Source of the DNA: Eledone cirrhosa
Lineage: Eukaryota
Direction: 5' to 3'
Assembly (NCBI GenBank): GCA_964016885.1
Contig: OZ024751.1
Coordinates: 37,944,001-38,008,000 of the forward strand
DNA: 64,000 nucleotides
Numbering within the stretch: the first letter of the stretch is position 1; each line of letters opens with the position of its first letter. Positions 14,447-27,133 of this stretch are shown here, in pieces. The position numbers were made by a program, and so were the translations under genes. Under the pieces are notes generated by a model, which made no database searches, was not told the DNA's origin, and was given only the letters and a program-made list of their open reading frames with translations.

Positions 14447-14896
14447 ATATGTATATATATATATGTGTGTGTGTGTGTGCGCGAGTGTATGTATTTACGT
14501 ATGTTCAATGCCTGCGTTTCCCTATTGATATGCCTGTCTCTTAAAAGGAAAGATATGTTAACACGGTACCACTATAACAATACAAAAGTTTGAATTCATT
14601 GATTGTCAGTCATTGGCAATATACTAAGAACTTCTCTCTGCCGAGTCGAACATGTTAACCTCGCATATATAAAATTGATTGAAGACACGCATATACATAT
14701 GTATACACAAACAGACATGTACATATACACACATATACACGCATATACACCCATGCGCATTCACAGAAAAATCTGGACTTTCTGATACAAATGTATACAA
14801 TTCAGAGGCTCTCGTACTCAGTATTCCAAGACATGTAAATACTCACAACATGCACGGGCATGCGCATAAGACACACATATACATACATACACACAC

Positions 14897-14955
<59 letters not shown>

Positions 14956-15235
14956 CAGGCAGGTGCACAAACATACATATATACAAACATACTAATACAT
15001 CTGCACTAATACATTGTATCCTCATGAAAAATGCATAACACACACGCACATATACATAAAGAGACACACACACAAACACATACACATATAGAAAGAGTTT
15101 AACAAACACATATACATACACGCACACTAACACACACACAAAAACACACATATACACTCACATAAACACACACACAGAGAGATGATATCAATGGTAGTGA
15201 AAGGATTAAAATAATGATACTAATGCTATGACAAA

Positions 15236-15440
15236 TATAGAAACCATTTAATATCTTCGGCCCTAGGGCTACCTCCCTCTCACCACCATAGGCGCTGAGC
15301 TGGCCAGCCGCAGGTGTGAGCCCCGCGAGTTGGAGTATCTTTTCCAGGGTGTTTCCCTTGCCATCCTCCGGGGAAACGCCTTCTCCATTCTGACCGCTGG
15401 GGCTGTGGGGCGGCCCCTTCGCGTATCATTCCATATTTAA
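15236..15440 (+). pseudogene. 3' end of CRE-clade-like non-LTR retrotransposon (REL endonuclease C-terminus), frameshifted
   Basis: Translates as IFGPRATSL / IGAELASRRCEPRELEYLFQGVSLAILRGNAFSIL, matching the typical 'FQRLSLAIQRGNA' terminus of CRE-type elements. Confidence 0.7.
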
Positions 15441-15562
15441 TTATGGTCGGTATGTGTATGTTTATGTTTTGGATGTTGCCGAAGACGTAATGGAGTCTTC
15501 GATGGTGAGATACAGAGCCTTGTTGATAACAATTCCTATTTACTGTTGAGCTCCTTGGTAGC

Positions 15563-15873
15563 GTTGGTGTTGTTGTTGTTGCTATTGTTACTGTTGTCAT
15601 TGAGGTAATGACTGTCGGTGTTGTTGTTGGTGTTGTTGTTGTTGCTATTGTTACTATTGTCATTGAGGTAATGACTGTCGGTGTTGTTGTTGGTGTTGTT
15701 GTTGTTGCTATTGTTACTGTTGTCATTGAGGTAATGACTGTCGGTGTTGTTGTTGGTGTTGTTGTTGTTGTTATTGTTACTGTTGTCATTGAGGTAATGA
15801 CTGTTGGTCTTGTTGTTGTTGGTGTTGTTGTTGTTGCTATTGTTACTGTTGTCATTGAGGTAATGACTGTTGG

Positions 15874-15907
<34 letters not shown>

Positions 15908-18900
15908 ATTGTTACTGTTGTCATTGAGGTAATGACTGTTGGTGTTGTTGTTGTTGTTGTTGTTGTTGTTGCTATTGTTACTGTTGTCATTGAGGTAATG
16001 ACTGTTGGTGTTGTTGTTGTTGTTGTTGTTGTTGCTATTGTTACTGTTGTCATTGAGGTAATGACTGTTAGTCTTGTTGTTGTTGTTGTTGTTGTTGTTG
16101 CTATTGTTACTGTTGTCATTGAGGTAATGACAGTTGGTGTTGTTGTTGTTGTTGTTGTTGTTGTTATTGTTACTGTTGTCATTGAGGTAATGACTGTTGG
16201 TGTTGTTGTTGTTGTTGTTGTTGTTGTTGCTATTGTTACTGTTGTCATTGAGGTAATGACTGTTGGTCTTGTTGTTGTTGTTGTTGTTGTTGTTGTTGCT
16301 ATTGTTACTGTTGTCATTGAGGTAATGACTGTTGGTGTTGTTGTTGGTGTTGTTGTTGTTGCTATTGTTACTGTTGTCATTGAGGTAATGACTGTTGGTG
16401 TTGTTGTTGGTGTTGTTGTTGTTGCTATTGTTACTGTTGTCATTGAGGTAATGACTGTCGGTGTTGTTGTTGGTGTTGTTGTTGTTGCTATTGTTACTGT
16501 TGTCATTGAGGTAATGACTGTTGGTGTTGTTGTTGGTGTTGTTGTTGTTGCTATTGTTACTGTTGTCATTGAGGTAATGACTGTTGGTGTTGTTGTTGTT
16601 GTTGTTGTTGTTGCTATTGTTACTGTTGTCATTGAGGTAATGACTGTTGGTCTTGTTGTTGTTGTTGTTGTTGTTGTTGCTATTGTTACTGTTGTCATTG
16701 AGGTAATGACTGTTGGTCTTGTTGTTGTTGTTGTTGTTGTTGCTATTGTTACTGTTGTCATTGAGGTAATGACTGTCGGTGTTGTTGTTGGTGTTGTTGT
16801 TGTTGCTATTGTTACTGTTGTCATTGAGGTAATGACTGTTGGTGTTGTTGTTGTTGTTGTTGTTGTTGCTATTGTTACTGTTGTCATTGAGGTAATGACT
16901 GTCGGTGTTGTTGTTGGTGTTGTTGTTGTTGCTATTGTTACTGTTGTCATTGAGGTAATGACTGTCGGTGTTGTTGTTGGTGTTGTTGTTGTTGCTATTG
17001 TTACTGTTGTCATTGAGGTAATGACTGTCGGTGTTGTTGTTGGTGTTGTTGTTGTTGCTATTGTTACTGTTGTCATTGAGGTAATGACTGTCGGTGTTGT
17101 TGTTGGTGTTGTTGTTGTTGCTATTGTTACTGTTGTCATTGAGGTAATGACTGTTGGTGTTGTTGTTGGTGTTGTTGTTGTTGCTATTGTTACTGTTGTC
17201 ATTGAGGTAATGACTGTTGGTGTTGTTGTTGTTGTTGTTGTTGTTGCTATTGTTACTGTTGTCATTGAGGTAATGACTGTTGGTGTTGTTGTTGTTGTTG
17301 TTGTTGTTGCTATTGTTACTGTTGTCATTGAGGTAATGACAGTTGGTCTTGTTGTTGTTGTTGTTGTTGTTGTTGCTATTGTTACTGTTGTCATTGAGGT
17401 AATGACTGTTGGTGTTGTTGTTGTTGTTGTTGTTGTTGCTATTGTTACTGTTGTCATTGAGGTAATGACTGTTGGTGTTGTTGTTGTTGTTGTTGTTGTT
17501 GCTATTGTTACTGTTGTCATTGAGGTAATGACTGTTGGTGTTGTTGTTGTTGTTGTTGTTGTTGCTATTGTTACTGTTGTCATTGAGGTAATGACTGTTG
17601 GTGTTGTTGTTGTTGTTGTTGTTGTTGCTATTGTTACTGTTGTCATTGAGGTAATGACTGTTGGTCTTGTTGTTGTTGTTGTTGTTGTTGTTGCTATTGT
17701 TACTGTTGTCATTGAGGTAATGACTGTTGGTCTTGTTGTTGTTGTTGTTGTTGTTGTTGCTATTGTTACTGTTGTCATTGAGGTAATGACTGTTGGTCTT
17801 GTTGTTGTTGCTATTGTTACTGTTGTCATTGAGGTAATGACTGTTGGTCTTGTTGTTGTTGTTGTTGTTGTTGTTGCTATTGTTACTGTTGTCATTGAGG
17901 TAATGACTGTTGGTGTTGTTGTTGTTGTTGTTGTTGTTGTTGCTATTGTTACTGTTGTCATTGAGGTAATGACTGTTGGTCTTGTTGTTGTTGTTGTTGT
18001 TGTTGTTGCTATTGTTACTGTTGTCATTGAGGTAATGACTGTTGGTGTTGTTGTTGTTGTTGTTGTTGTTGCTATTGTTACTGTTGTCATTGAGGTAATG
18101 ACTGTTGGTGTTGTTGTTGTTGTTGTTGTTGTTGCTATTGTTACTGTTGTCATTGAGGTAATGACTGTTGGTCTTGTTGTTGTTGTTGTTGTTGTTGTTG
18201 CTATTGTTACTGTTGTCATTGAGGTAATGACTGTTGGTGTTGTTGTTGTTGTTGTTGTTGTTGCTATTGTTACTGTTGTCATTGAGGTAATGACTGTTGG
18301 TCTTGTTGTTGTTGTTGTTGTTGTTGTTGCTATTGTTACTGTTGTCATTGAGGTAATGACTGTTGGTGTTGTTGTTGTTGTTGTTGTTGTTGCTATTGTT
18401 ACTGTTGTCATTGAGGTAATGACTGTTGGTCTTGTTGTTGTTGTTGTTGTTGTTGTTGCTATTGTTACTGTTGTCATTGAGGTAATGACTGTTGGTCTTG
18501 TTGTTGTTGTTGTTGTTGTTGTTGCTATTGTTACTGTTGTCATTGAGGTAATGACTGTTGGTGTTGTTGTTGTTGTTGTTGTTGTTGCTATTGTTACTGT
18601 TGTCATTGAGGTAATGACTGTTGGTGTTGTTGTTGTTGTTGTTGTTGTTGCTATTGTTACTGTTGTCATTGAGGTAATGACTGTTGGTCTTGTTGTTGTT
18701 GTTGTTGTTGTTGTTGCTATTGTTACTGTTGTCATTGAGGTAATGACTGTTGGTCTTGTTGTTGTTGTTGTTGTTGTTGTTGCTATTGTTACTGTTGTCA
18801 TTGAGGTAATGACTGTTGGTCTTGTTGTTGTTGCTATTGTTACTGTTGTCATTGAGGTAATGACTGTTGGTCTTGTTGTTGTTGTTGTTGTTGTTGTTGC

Positions 18901-21415
18901 TATTGTTACTGTTGTCATTGAGGTAATGACTGTTGGTGTTGTTGTTGTTGTTGTTGTTGTTGTTGCTATTGTTACTGTTGTCATTGAGGTAATGACTGTT
19001 GGTCTTGTTGTTGTTGTTGTTGTTGTTGTTGCTATTGTTACTGTTGTCATTGAGGTAATGACTGTTGGTCTTGTTGTTGTTGTTGTTGTTGTTGTTGCTA
19101 TTGTTACTGTTGTCATTGAGGTAATGACTGTTGGTCTTGTTGTTGTTGTTGTTGTTGTTGTTGCTATTGTTACTGTTGTCATTGAGGTAATGACTGTTGG
19201 TGTTGTTGTTGTTGTTGTTGTTGTTGCTATTGTTACTGTTGTCATTGAGGTAATGACTGTTGGTCTTGTTGTTGTTGTTGTTGTTGTTGTTGCTATTGTT
19301 ACTGTTGTCATTGAGGTAATGACTGTTGGTCTTGTTGTTGTTGTTGTTGTTGTTGTTGCTATTGTTACTGTTGTCATTGAGGTAATGACTGTTGGTCTTG
19401 TTGTTGTTGCTATTGTTACTGTTGTCATTGAGGTAATGACTGTTGGTCTTGTTGTTGTTGTTGTTGTTGTTGTTGCTATTGTTACTGTTGTCATTGAGGT
19501 AATGACTGTTGGTGTTGTTGTTGTTGTTGTTGTTGTTGTTGCTATTGTTACTGTTGTCATTGAGGTAATGACTGTTGGTCTTGTTGTTGTTGTTGTTGTT
19601 GTTGTTGTTATTGTTACTGTTGTCATTGAGGTAATGACTGTTGGTCTTGTTGTTGTTGTTGTTGTTGTTGTTGCTATTGTTACTGTTGTCATTGAGGTAA
19701 TGACTGTTGGTCTTGTTGTTGTTGTTGTTGTTGTTGTTGTTATTGTTACTGTTGTCATTGAGGTAATGACTGTTGGTCTTGTTGTTGTTGTTGTTGTTGT
19801 TGTTGCTATTGTTACTGTTGTCATTGAGGTAATGACTGTTGGTCTTGTTGTTGTTGTTGTTGTTGTTGTTGCTATTGTTACTGTTGTCATTGAGGTAATG
19901 ACAGTTGGTGTTGTTGTTGTTGTTGTTGTTGTTGTTGCTATTGTTACTGTTGTCATTGAGGTAATGACTGTTGGTCTTGTTGTTGTTGTTGTTGTTGTTG
20001 TTGCTATTGTTACTGTTGTCATTGAGGTAATGACTGTTGGTCTTGTTGTTGTTGTTGTTGTTGTTGTTGCTATTGTTACTGTTGTCATTGAGGTAATGAC
20101 TGTTGGTCTTGTTGTTGTTGTTGTTGTTGTTGTTGCTATTGTTACTGTTGTCATTGAGGTAATGACTGTTGGTCTTGTTGTTGTTGTTGTTGTTGTTGTT
20201 GCTATTGTTACTGTTGTCATTGAGGTAATGACTGTTGGTCTTGTTGTTGTTGTTGTTGTTGTTGTTGTTATTGTTACTGTTGTCATTGAGGTAATGACTG
20301 TTGGTCTTGTTGTTGTTGTTGTTGTTGTTGTTGCTATTGTTACTGTTGTCATTGAGGTAATGACTGTTGGTCTTGTTGTTGTTGTTGTTGTTGTTGTTGT
20401 TATTGTTACTGTTGTCATTGAGGTAATGACTGTTGGTCTTGTTGTTGTTGTTGTTGTTGTTGTTGCTATTGTTACTGTTGTCATTGAGGTAATGACTGTT
20501 GGTCTTGTTGTTGTTGTTGTTGTTGTTGTTGTTATTGTTACTGTTGTCATTGAGGTAATGACTGTTGGTCTTGTTGTTGTTGTTGTTGTTGTTGTTGCTA
20601 TTGTTACTGTTGTCATTGAGGTAATGACTGTTGGTCTTGTTGTTGTTGTTGTTGTTGTTGTTGTTATTGTTACTGTTGTCATTGAGGTAATGACTGTTGG
20701 TCTTGTTGTTGTTGTTGTTGTTGTTGTTGCTATTGTTACTGTTGTCATTGAGGTAATGACTGTTGGTCTTGTTGTTGTTGTTGTTGTTGTTGTTGCTATT
20801 GTTACTGTTGTCATTGAGGTAATGACAGTTGGTGTTGTTGTTGTTGTTGTTGTTGTTGTTATTGTTACTGTTGTCATTGAGGTAATGACTGTTGGTGTTG
20901 TTGTTGGTGTTGTTGTTGTTGCTATTGTTACTGTTGTCATTGAGGTAATGACTGTTGGTCTTGTTGTTGTTGTTGTTGTTGTTGTTGCTATTGTTACTGT
21001 TGTCATTGAGGTAATGACAGTTGGTGTTGTTGTTGTTGTTGTTGTTGTTGTTATTGTTACTGTTGTCATTGAGGTAATGACTGTTGGTGTTGTTGTTGGT
21101 GTTGTTGTTGTTGCTATTGTTACTGTTGTCATTGAGGTAATGACTGTTGGTCTTGTTGTTGTTGTTGTTGCTATTGTTACTGTTGTCATTGAGGTAATGA
21201 CAGTTGGTGTTGTTGTTGTTGTTGTTGTTGTTGTTATTGTTACTGTTGTCATTGAGGTAATGACTGTTGGTGTTGTTGTTGTTGGTGTTGTTGTTGTTGC
21301 TATTGTTACTGTTGTCATTGAGGTAATGACTGTTGGTGTTGTTCTTGTTGTTGTTGTTGCTATTGTTACTGTTCTCATTGATGTAATAACTATTATTATT
21401 GTTGTTGTTGTTGCC
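15563..21415. repeat. Minisatellite, ~60-66-bp unit, roughly 95 copies
   Basis: Unit (GTT)n-GCTATTGTTACTGTTGTCATTGAGGTAATGACTGTTGGT(C/G)TT with variable GTT count; contains a GTCATT/AATGAC inverted repeat. Confidence 0.97.
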
Positions 21416-21578
21416 ATCGTTATCGTTGACGTTTCCCTTGTTGTTGTATTAACCTACATTATACAGTTGTGTATATAAAATAGGAGAAATATATATCAGA
21501 ATTGTTTGTGGAAGCAAGATTAATATTAATATATATTTCATTGTTTTATGAACAATATAATTAACATTTCTGTGTGTA

Positions 21579-21696
<118 letters not shown>

Positions 21697-21898
21697 ATAT
21701 ATATATATGTAAAACATGTGTGTGTGAGAGAGAGTATTTACGTATATATAAAGAAATTTAAGAAATAGAGATATACATACATATGCATATATATATATAT
21801 ATAACATTAGTAGTGTGTAAACATCATGTGCTTCTCCGATGATTTCTTTTGAATAAAACAGTTGTAGTCCTGTAGAAGCCATTTCTATATTAAACGTG

Positions 21899-21946
<48 letters not shown>

Positions 21947-21990
21947 CTTTATACTGTTGGAGGGTCATGCTGCCAATAAAAACACAATAT

Positions 21991-22021
<31 letters not shown>

Positions 22022-22022
22022 A

Positions 22023-22056
<34 letters not shown>

Positions 22057-22680
22057 TTCGTAGGTGGCATGAACACATTTTCAGAGATATATAAAATGTA
22101 TACGACAGATTTTAGTGAAACATATATTTTCCTAATGACAACTTAGGCACATTACAGCACTACACAACCAGTGTTGATATCACACATTAACAACTCTCAT
22201 ATATCTTCCGATATCTTTATGGGAATTTCTCAAAAGACTTCTATACTAGTCATTCATACCATCAAAATGCCGTGTACAGTTGTGTTCCCTCTAGATTCCC
22301 GAAGGTGTGTAGGATAAGTAACCTTTTTTATGATTCAGGTGTGAAACCCATCTCTCTCTCCTCACTACGTAACACACGTCTTTATAATTTATATTGTTGT
22401 TTTATAGTATTTCATATGTTATATTATATTATAGAAGGTACTAATAGAATAAGTTCTGGAATAGAAGACTAGACATTTTAGTCGTATATATTGTATACAC
22501 TTGTAAACAAAATAATTAGGTTGAAAGAATGATGGCTTTGTATTGACTGAGGGAATCGAATAACGAATGGCATTCCGACTGGGCAAACGTGTTAATATTA
22601 TAAATATTAGTAAGAAACACTACTACGTTTCCATCGAAATACAATATAAGTAAATTTGCACACACGTTCACATACTACAT

Positions 22681-22750
<70 letters not shown>

Positions 22751-22751
<1 letters not shown>

Positions 22752-22881
22752 AGCCGTCGAAACTGCTTGAGCTCTGCCGTTGGGGTCTTGACTCTTTTCC
22801 TATTACCTACTCTACTACCCAAAGTATCGAGTAATCTGGTGCGTTATGGGCCACCTGGTTCATTACCACACTTCCTTTGTT
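22751..22881 (+). mobile_element. Family B pLTR tail
   Basis: 'agccgtcgaaactgcttgagctctgccgttggggtcttgactc...atcgagtaatctgg'; flanked by (TA)n. Confidence 0.65.
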
Positions 22882-22905
22882 ATATATATATATATATATA
22901 TATAT

Positions 22906-23183
22906 ATGCAAAGTTTTATTTAAATTGTTGGGTTACAACGAGTAAATATTTATAACTGATATAAAAGCACTCAACATGTATTTGGAGTATATTTACGATA
23001 TTAAATAAATGGAAACTATATTTATAAAACCATATTTATTTCATTATATATATTTCATGGATATCATATTAAAAATATGGTATGCCTTCATCAGACAAAA
23101 TACAATATAAACAGTCTTATAAATAGATAGATTTGACATACCTTACAACTTCAACTTCCATTTAAAAAGTTGATTTGGTAGTA
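22906..23183 (-). mobile_element. Family A pLTR element
   Basis: Highly similar to 13320-13590; flanked by (TA)n. Confidence 0.75.
23037..23102 (-). ncRNA. Type I hammerhead ribozyme (family A)
   Basis: Reverse complement: tattttgt CTGATGA aggcataccatatttttaatatgatatccat GAAA tatata TA atgaaata. Confidence 0.75.
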
Positions 23184-23211
23184 TATATATATATACATAT
23201 ATATATATACA

Positions 23212-23410
23212 GTATTTTCCGTTGTGTTGTAATATAAATATTACACACAGTAGATTGACAGCTCACGTAGAGTTTGCTCGACGGTTCCAGTTGAAATTCC
23301 AAAAGTAATCCGGAGAAAAATAGAAAGATTTGAATGGATACAGTTTAGTTGAAAGGAATTTATTGACACGTGTTTCTATAACAGTTACATAACCTGAAAA
23401 CAGCTGCTAT
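23212..23410 (-). mobile_element. pLTR-like tail with 3' half of a hammerhead
   Basis: Reverse complement 'GAAAC-ACGT-GTC aataaa' (23365-23376) has a palindromic stem III; 'gtcgagc' lies downstream; no CUGA strand found. Confidence 0.45.
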
Positions 23411-23465
23411 CTACAAAGTATTATGCAGACAATCAATATTTTAATGTTACTATTTACTGTCATTT

Positions 23466-23597
<132 letters not shown>

Positions 23598-23641
23598 CCG
23601 TATGTAGTTGACGGCTGAACATATTTATATTTATATATATA

Positions 23642-23719
<78 letters not shown>

Positions 23720-23720
<1 letters not shown>

Positions 23721-23930
23721 GTTATTCCGGGTTGAATCGGAGGTAACCACAGTAAGTAAGGTACTCAATACATTGCAGAGTATAAAAGTTTTAATATAGA
23801 TGAGATTCTACAGGACTAGAACTGTTTCATTCTTTAGAAATCATCAGGAATCTGGGTATATTTTTTGATACCCAGATTCCTGATGATTTTTAAAGAATGA
23901 AACAGTTCTAGTCCTGTAGAATCTCATCTA
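23720..23930. mobile_element. pLTR-like element ending in a 134-bp hairpin (23797-23930) with a hammerhead core in each arm
   Basis: + strand CTGATGA(23880)-tttttaaagaat-GAAAC-agttcta-GTC(23913); mirror copy on the - strand; 'attgagtac' tail on the - strand; (TA)n flanks. Confidence 0.65.
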
Positions 23931-23952
23931 CATATATATATATATGTATGTG

Positions 23953-23985
<33 letters not shown>

Positions 23986-23990
23986 TAGAA

Positions 23991-24021
<31 letters not shown>

Positions 24022-24417
24022 AAAAGAGAGAGAGAGACAAAAGAGAGAGAGAGAGAGAGACAAAAGAGAGAGAGAGAGAGATTGCGTTTGTTTGTGTTTT
24101 GGATTCCAGATGCAGTTTGTGATTAAATGTAGATTATCCACCTTATACATTTTTACATTGCAGCTGTGTATAATTTATAAATTGCTACATGTTATGACAG
24201 AAACTCGATGTTCCGCTGAAATCTAACACATTCCATACTGAAGTCTATGTGTATTTTCTAAACCAGATACCTAATTTCTTTTTATTTGTTTAATATTAAA
24301 TAACCAAAATATCACAGGTGTATAAATGTATTATGTGACGTTTGTACATTTTCTGAGGAAATTCCTCGTGTCATAGAAATATAATTCCACAACGTGAAAT
24401 GAAAAATTTAAACGTGC

Positions 24418-24460
24418 GTCTCCCTTGCCGTCCTCCGTGGAAACGCCTTCTCTATTCTTC
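24418..24460 (+). pseudogene. Second short CRE-like C-terminal fragment
   Basis: Translates VSLAVLRGNAFSIL; homologous to ~15350-15392. Confidence 0.6.
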
Positions 24461-24761
24461 CGCCGAGAATGAGAAGGTGCGGAAGACATTTTTTCGAGAA
24501 TAAGCTCGTGTGTATTCAGTCAGAACATGTATAATCCGTCAGCCATATATATATATATATATATTACACTTCAGGTTATTAAATAATCAGTTTCAAAATT
24601 TATTGAAATTTTTAAGAAAAAATAATTTGATTTAATGGAATGTTTTCTTTCAAGCCCTTTCTTGTCTTATATTCCTGGTTGAATTCGATTTTCGGCACAT
24701 ATTATGTATTCTACATTTAGCTTAATGCCTTAGAATAGAAAGTTTGTGTAAACAGATAGTC

Positions 24762-24895
24762 CAGAAATAGCCGTCGAAACGGCTTGAGCTCTGCCGTCGG
24801 GGTCTTGACTCTTTTCCTATTACCCACGCTACTACCCAAAGTATCGAGTACTCTGGTGCGTTATGGGCCACCTGGTTCCTCACCACACATCCTCT
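24762..24895 (+). mobile_element. Family B pLTR tail
   Basis: 'GAAACGGC-ttgagctct-GCCGTC-ggggtc' (well-paired stem III, GUC site) and 'atcgagtac'. Confidence 0.65.
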
Positions 24896-24897
24896 CC

Positions 24898-25070
24898 ATC
24901 GGTAGAGGGTCGGACGCCATGTTTTTACGCATAGAGTTACGGCCCTTGCCATTCTGAGTTCAAAACACGGCGAGGTTAACTTTGCCTTTCATCCTTACGA
25001 GGTCGATAAAATAAAGTACCAGTAATGCACTGGAGTAATTGCTGGCCTTGTACCAAAATTAAAAACAATT
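24898..25070 (+). mobile_element. tRNA-derived SINE (Meta-like domain)
   Basis: 'atcggtagagggtcggacgccatg...gagttcaaaac...gcctttcatccttacgaggtcgataaaataaagtacc'. Confidence 0.85.
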
Positions 25071-25589
25071 ACAATTGTCATGTCACGTAGCTGCAAGAAA
25101 TATGTACTAAATAGCGGTGAGGTATATGTTTGTCATTAGATTGCATTTGGATATCTTTGTTTCCCTAAATCCATTCCTTTTTGGTTTTTCCTTTCCTCTC
25201 TCGAAATTTCCCTTTCTTTATATTTTCTTTTTCATTTTTAATTTAAATACAATGAAACTACTTCAAGCTTGCAGGCTTCTCGAACTTACTGAAACATAAA
25301 TGTTTAATTAGTAATTGTTGAGTAAGCATGTTATTTAAATGGAATAGATTCTGGAGGGGGGGGGGGGGGGGCGTCACACTTATTTCAGTTTATCTTCATT
25401 AGCGATGTTAAAATTATAAAACGTTCTTGGAGTTCTCGTTTGCAAAATGTGGAGGAGATAGAGAGAAAAAATGATTTGAAGAAATTCTCAATTCTCTTTC
25501 TGAATTCGTTTTAAGACACTTTTATGTGATCATTTATTTATTTATTTATATATTTATCTCTACATGGATTATGAAATAGCGAAAGAATG

Positions 25590-25677
<88 letters not shown>

Positions 25678-25768
25678 ATTAAAAATAAAAATATATAATA
25701 AATAAATATATATAACTCCACACTCCCTGGATATATCTGTATATATATATATATATATATATTATACA

Positions 25769-26038
25769 AGGTGGCTGCCAACTCGTTTTCGAGTACGGCC
25801 ACTACTTTATATCCATGTAGGAGAGCCCCTGCCGATGGGTTGAACGAGTGTGACTTTTTAGTCCAGCCAGCGACTTGAAAACTCTGGTACAAACACTACA
25901 CTTGTGACAATTATTGAAACATAGTGTTGGGCCCATGGTACCATGTGACGACAAGTGCAGAGAGATCTCCAGATATAAAGCAATGCCTGTGCCGTGAAGC
26001 TTTTATAGTGAGCAAAGGCACTGCACAAAGCCAGTCCC
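25769..26038 (+). repeat. Dispersed ~270-bp repeat, copy 1
   Basis: Diverged reverse complement of 31632-31898; shares the ORF segment GLALCSAFAHYKSFTAQALLYIWRSLCTCRHMVPW. Confidence 0.85.
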
Positions 26039-26094
26039 AGTCTCTTAACCAAGATGATATTTACCAAAAAGAAAAACATTCAACATCATTGGAT

Positions 26095-26200
26095 ACCATC
26101 AGGGTTGCAGGTGTTATATCAGAGTTTTCCTTCTCCTAGAATTCTGCCTTGACAAAGGCTAAGGGGTCATCTCTCCCGGTGATTTTGGATGGCCATTGAT
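26095..26200 (-). mobile_element. Possible RTE-clade 5' UTR fragment
   Basis: Reverse complement 'ggcagaattctaggagaaggaaaactctga' resembles a motif I recall from RTE 5' regions; not verified. Confidence 0.35.
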
Positions 26201-26999
26201 TCTTAAGAGCTCCTTTGCCCTTTGACAGGTTTTGTCTTTAGTCCTGCAGAATGTCCAAAGTCACCCTCCTCACCAAGAAACCTATATATATTTACCACCA
26301 AGAAATATATATATATTTACACACACACACATATATATATTATACATGTATATGTATATAAATTATACATGTATGTATATATGTTATTCATGTATATATA
26401 TATATTATATGTATATATCATACATATATACATATAATAGACGTGTGAGTGTGTGTGTGTATGTGTGTGTAGTTACATACAGTGTGCGTTTGAGGGTGAG
26501 ATAAAGAAAATAATTGTAAATGCGCAAAAAAGAGGAACGGGAAGAGGTGGGCGTAAGATAGATTGTGATATGTGTGAAGATAAGATAGAAAATATACGGA
26601 GAGAATAGAAAGGAGTTGGTGTAGCGAACAGGTGAATTGCGAGGCCGTTCATGTTAAAATGTGAAGGCAACGACATAACATTAAGTAGGAAGCTTCAAGG
26701 AGAGAAACAGAGAAGGAAATAGATAAATGAGATAAACGAGAGATATAAGATAGAGAAAGACAAGAGGTAGGAATAACTCATGATGTAGAAGCAGATTTAA
26801 TAAATCAGGCAGACGATAACAAAACCGAGAGGATATTGTAAGAAAACCGAGTGAAATTTTAGTGTTTTAGAAGGAATCTTGTGTGTAAAAATATGTGGAT
26901 TCTCTTGAATCCACATTCATTTGTGAGAATATATTGAAGTATTCGGAAATAAAGGGCTATAGTAAAGGTTAGATGATGATCAGGGAGTCTAAGTAATAA

Positions 27000-27133
27000 T
27001 TGTTTCTACTTGGCACAAGGCCAGCAATTATCTCAGTATATTACGGGTACTTTATTGTAAGGATGAAAGCAAAGTTAACCTTGGCGGGATTTGAACTCAG
27101 ATCATAGACGGACGTAACTCTTTGCTGTAAAGC
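27000..27133 (-). mobile_element. SINE body (B-box and Meta-like domain) whose head is expanded into the adjacent array
   Basis: Reverse complement 'ctgagttcaaatcccgccaaggttaactttgctttcatcc'; contiguous with the 45-bp array. Confidence 0.85.

Noticed and set aside
15563-21415. CRISPR-like look (hairpin repeat plus variable spacer)
   Set aside because: The spacers are only (GTT)n of varying length, not unique sequences; the context is eukaryotic and there are no cas genes.
15280-21478. 2045-aa and 1956-aa ORFs as genes
   Set aside because: Both strands are open because of the triplet-based repeat. The - ORF ends in antisense retrotransposon sequence, and no signal peptide or domain is visible.
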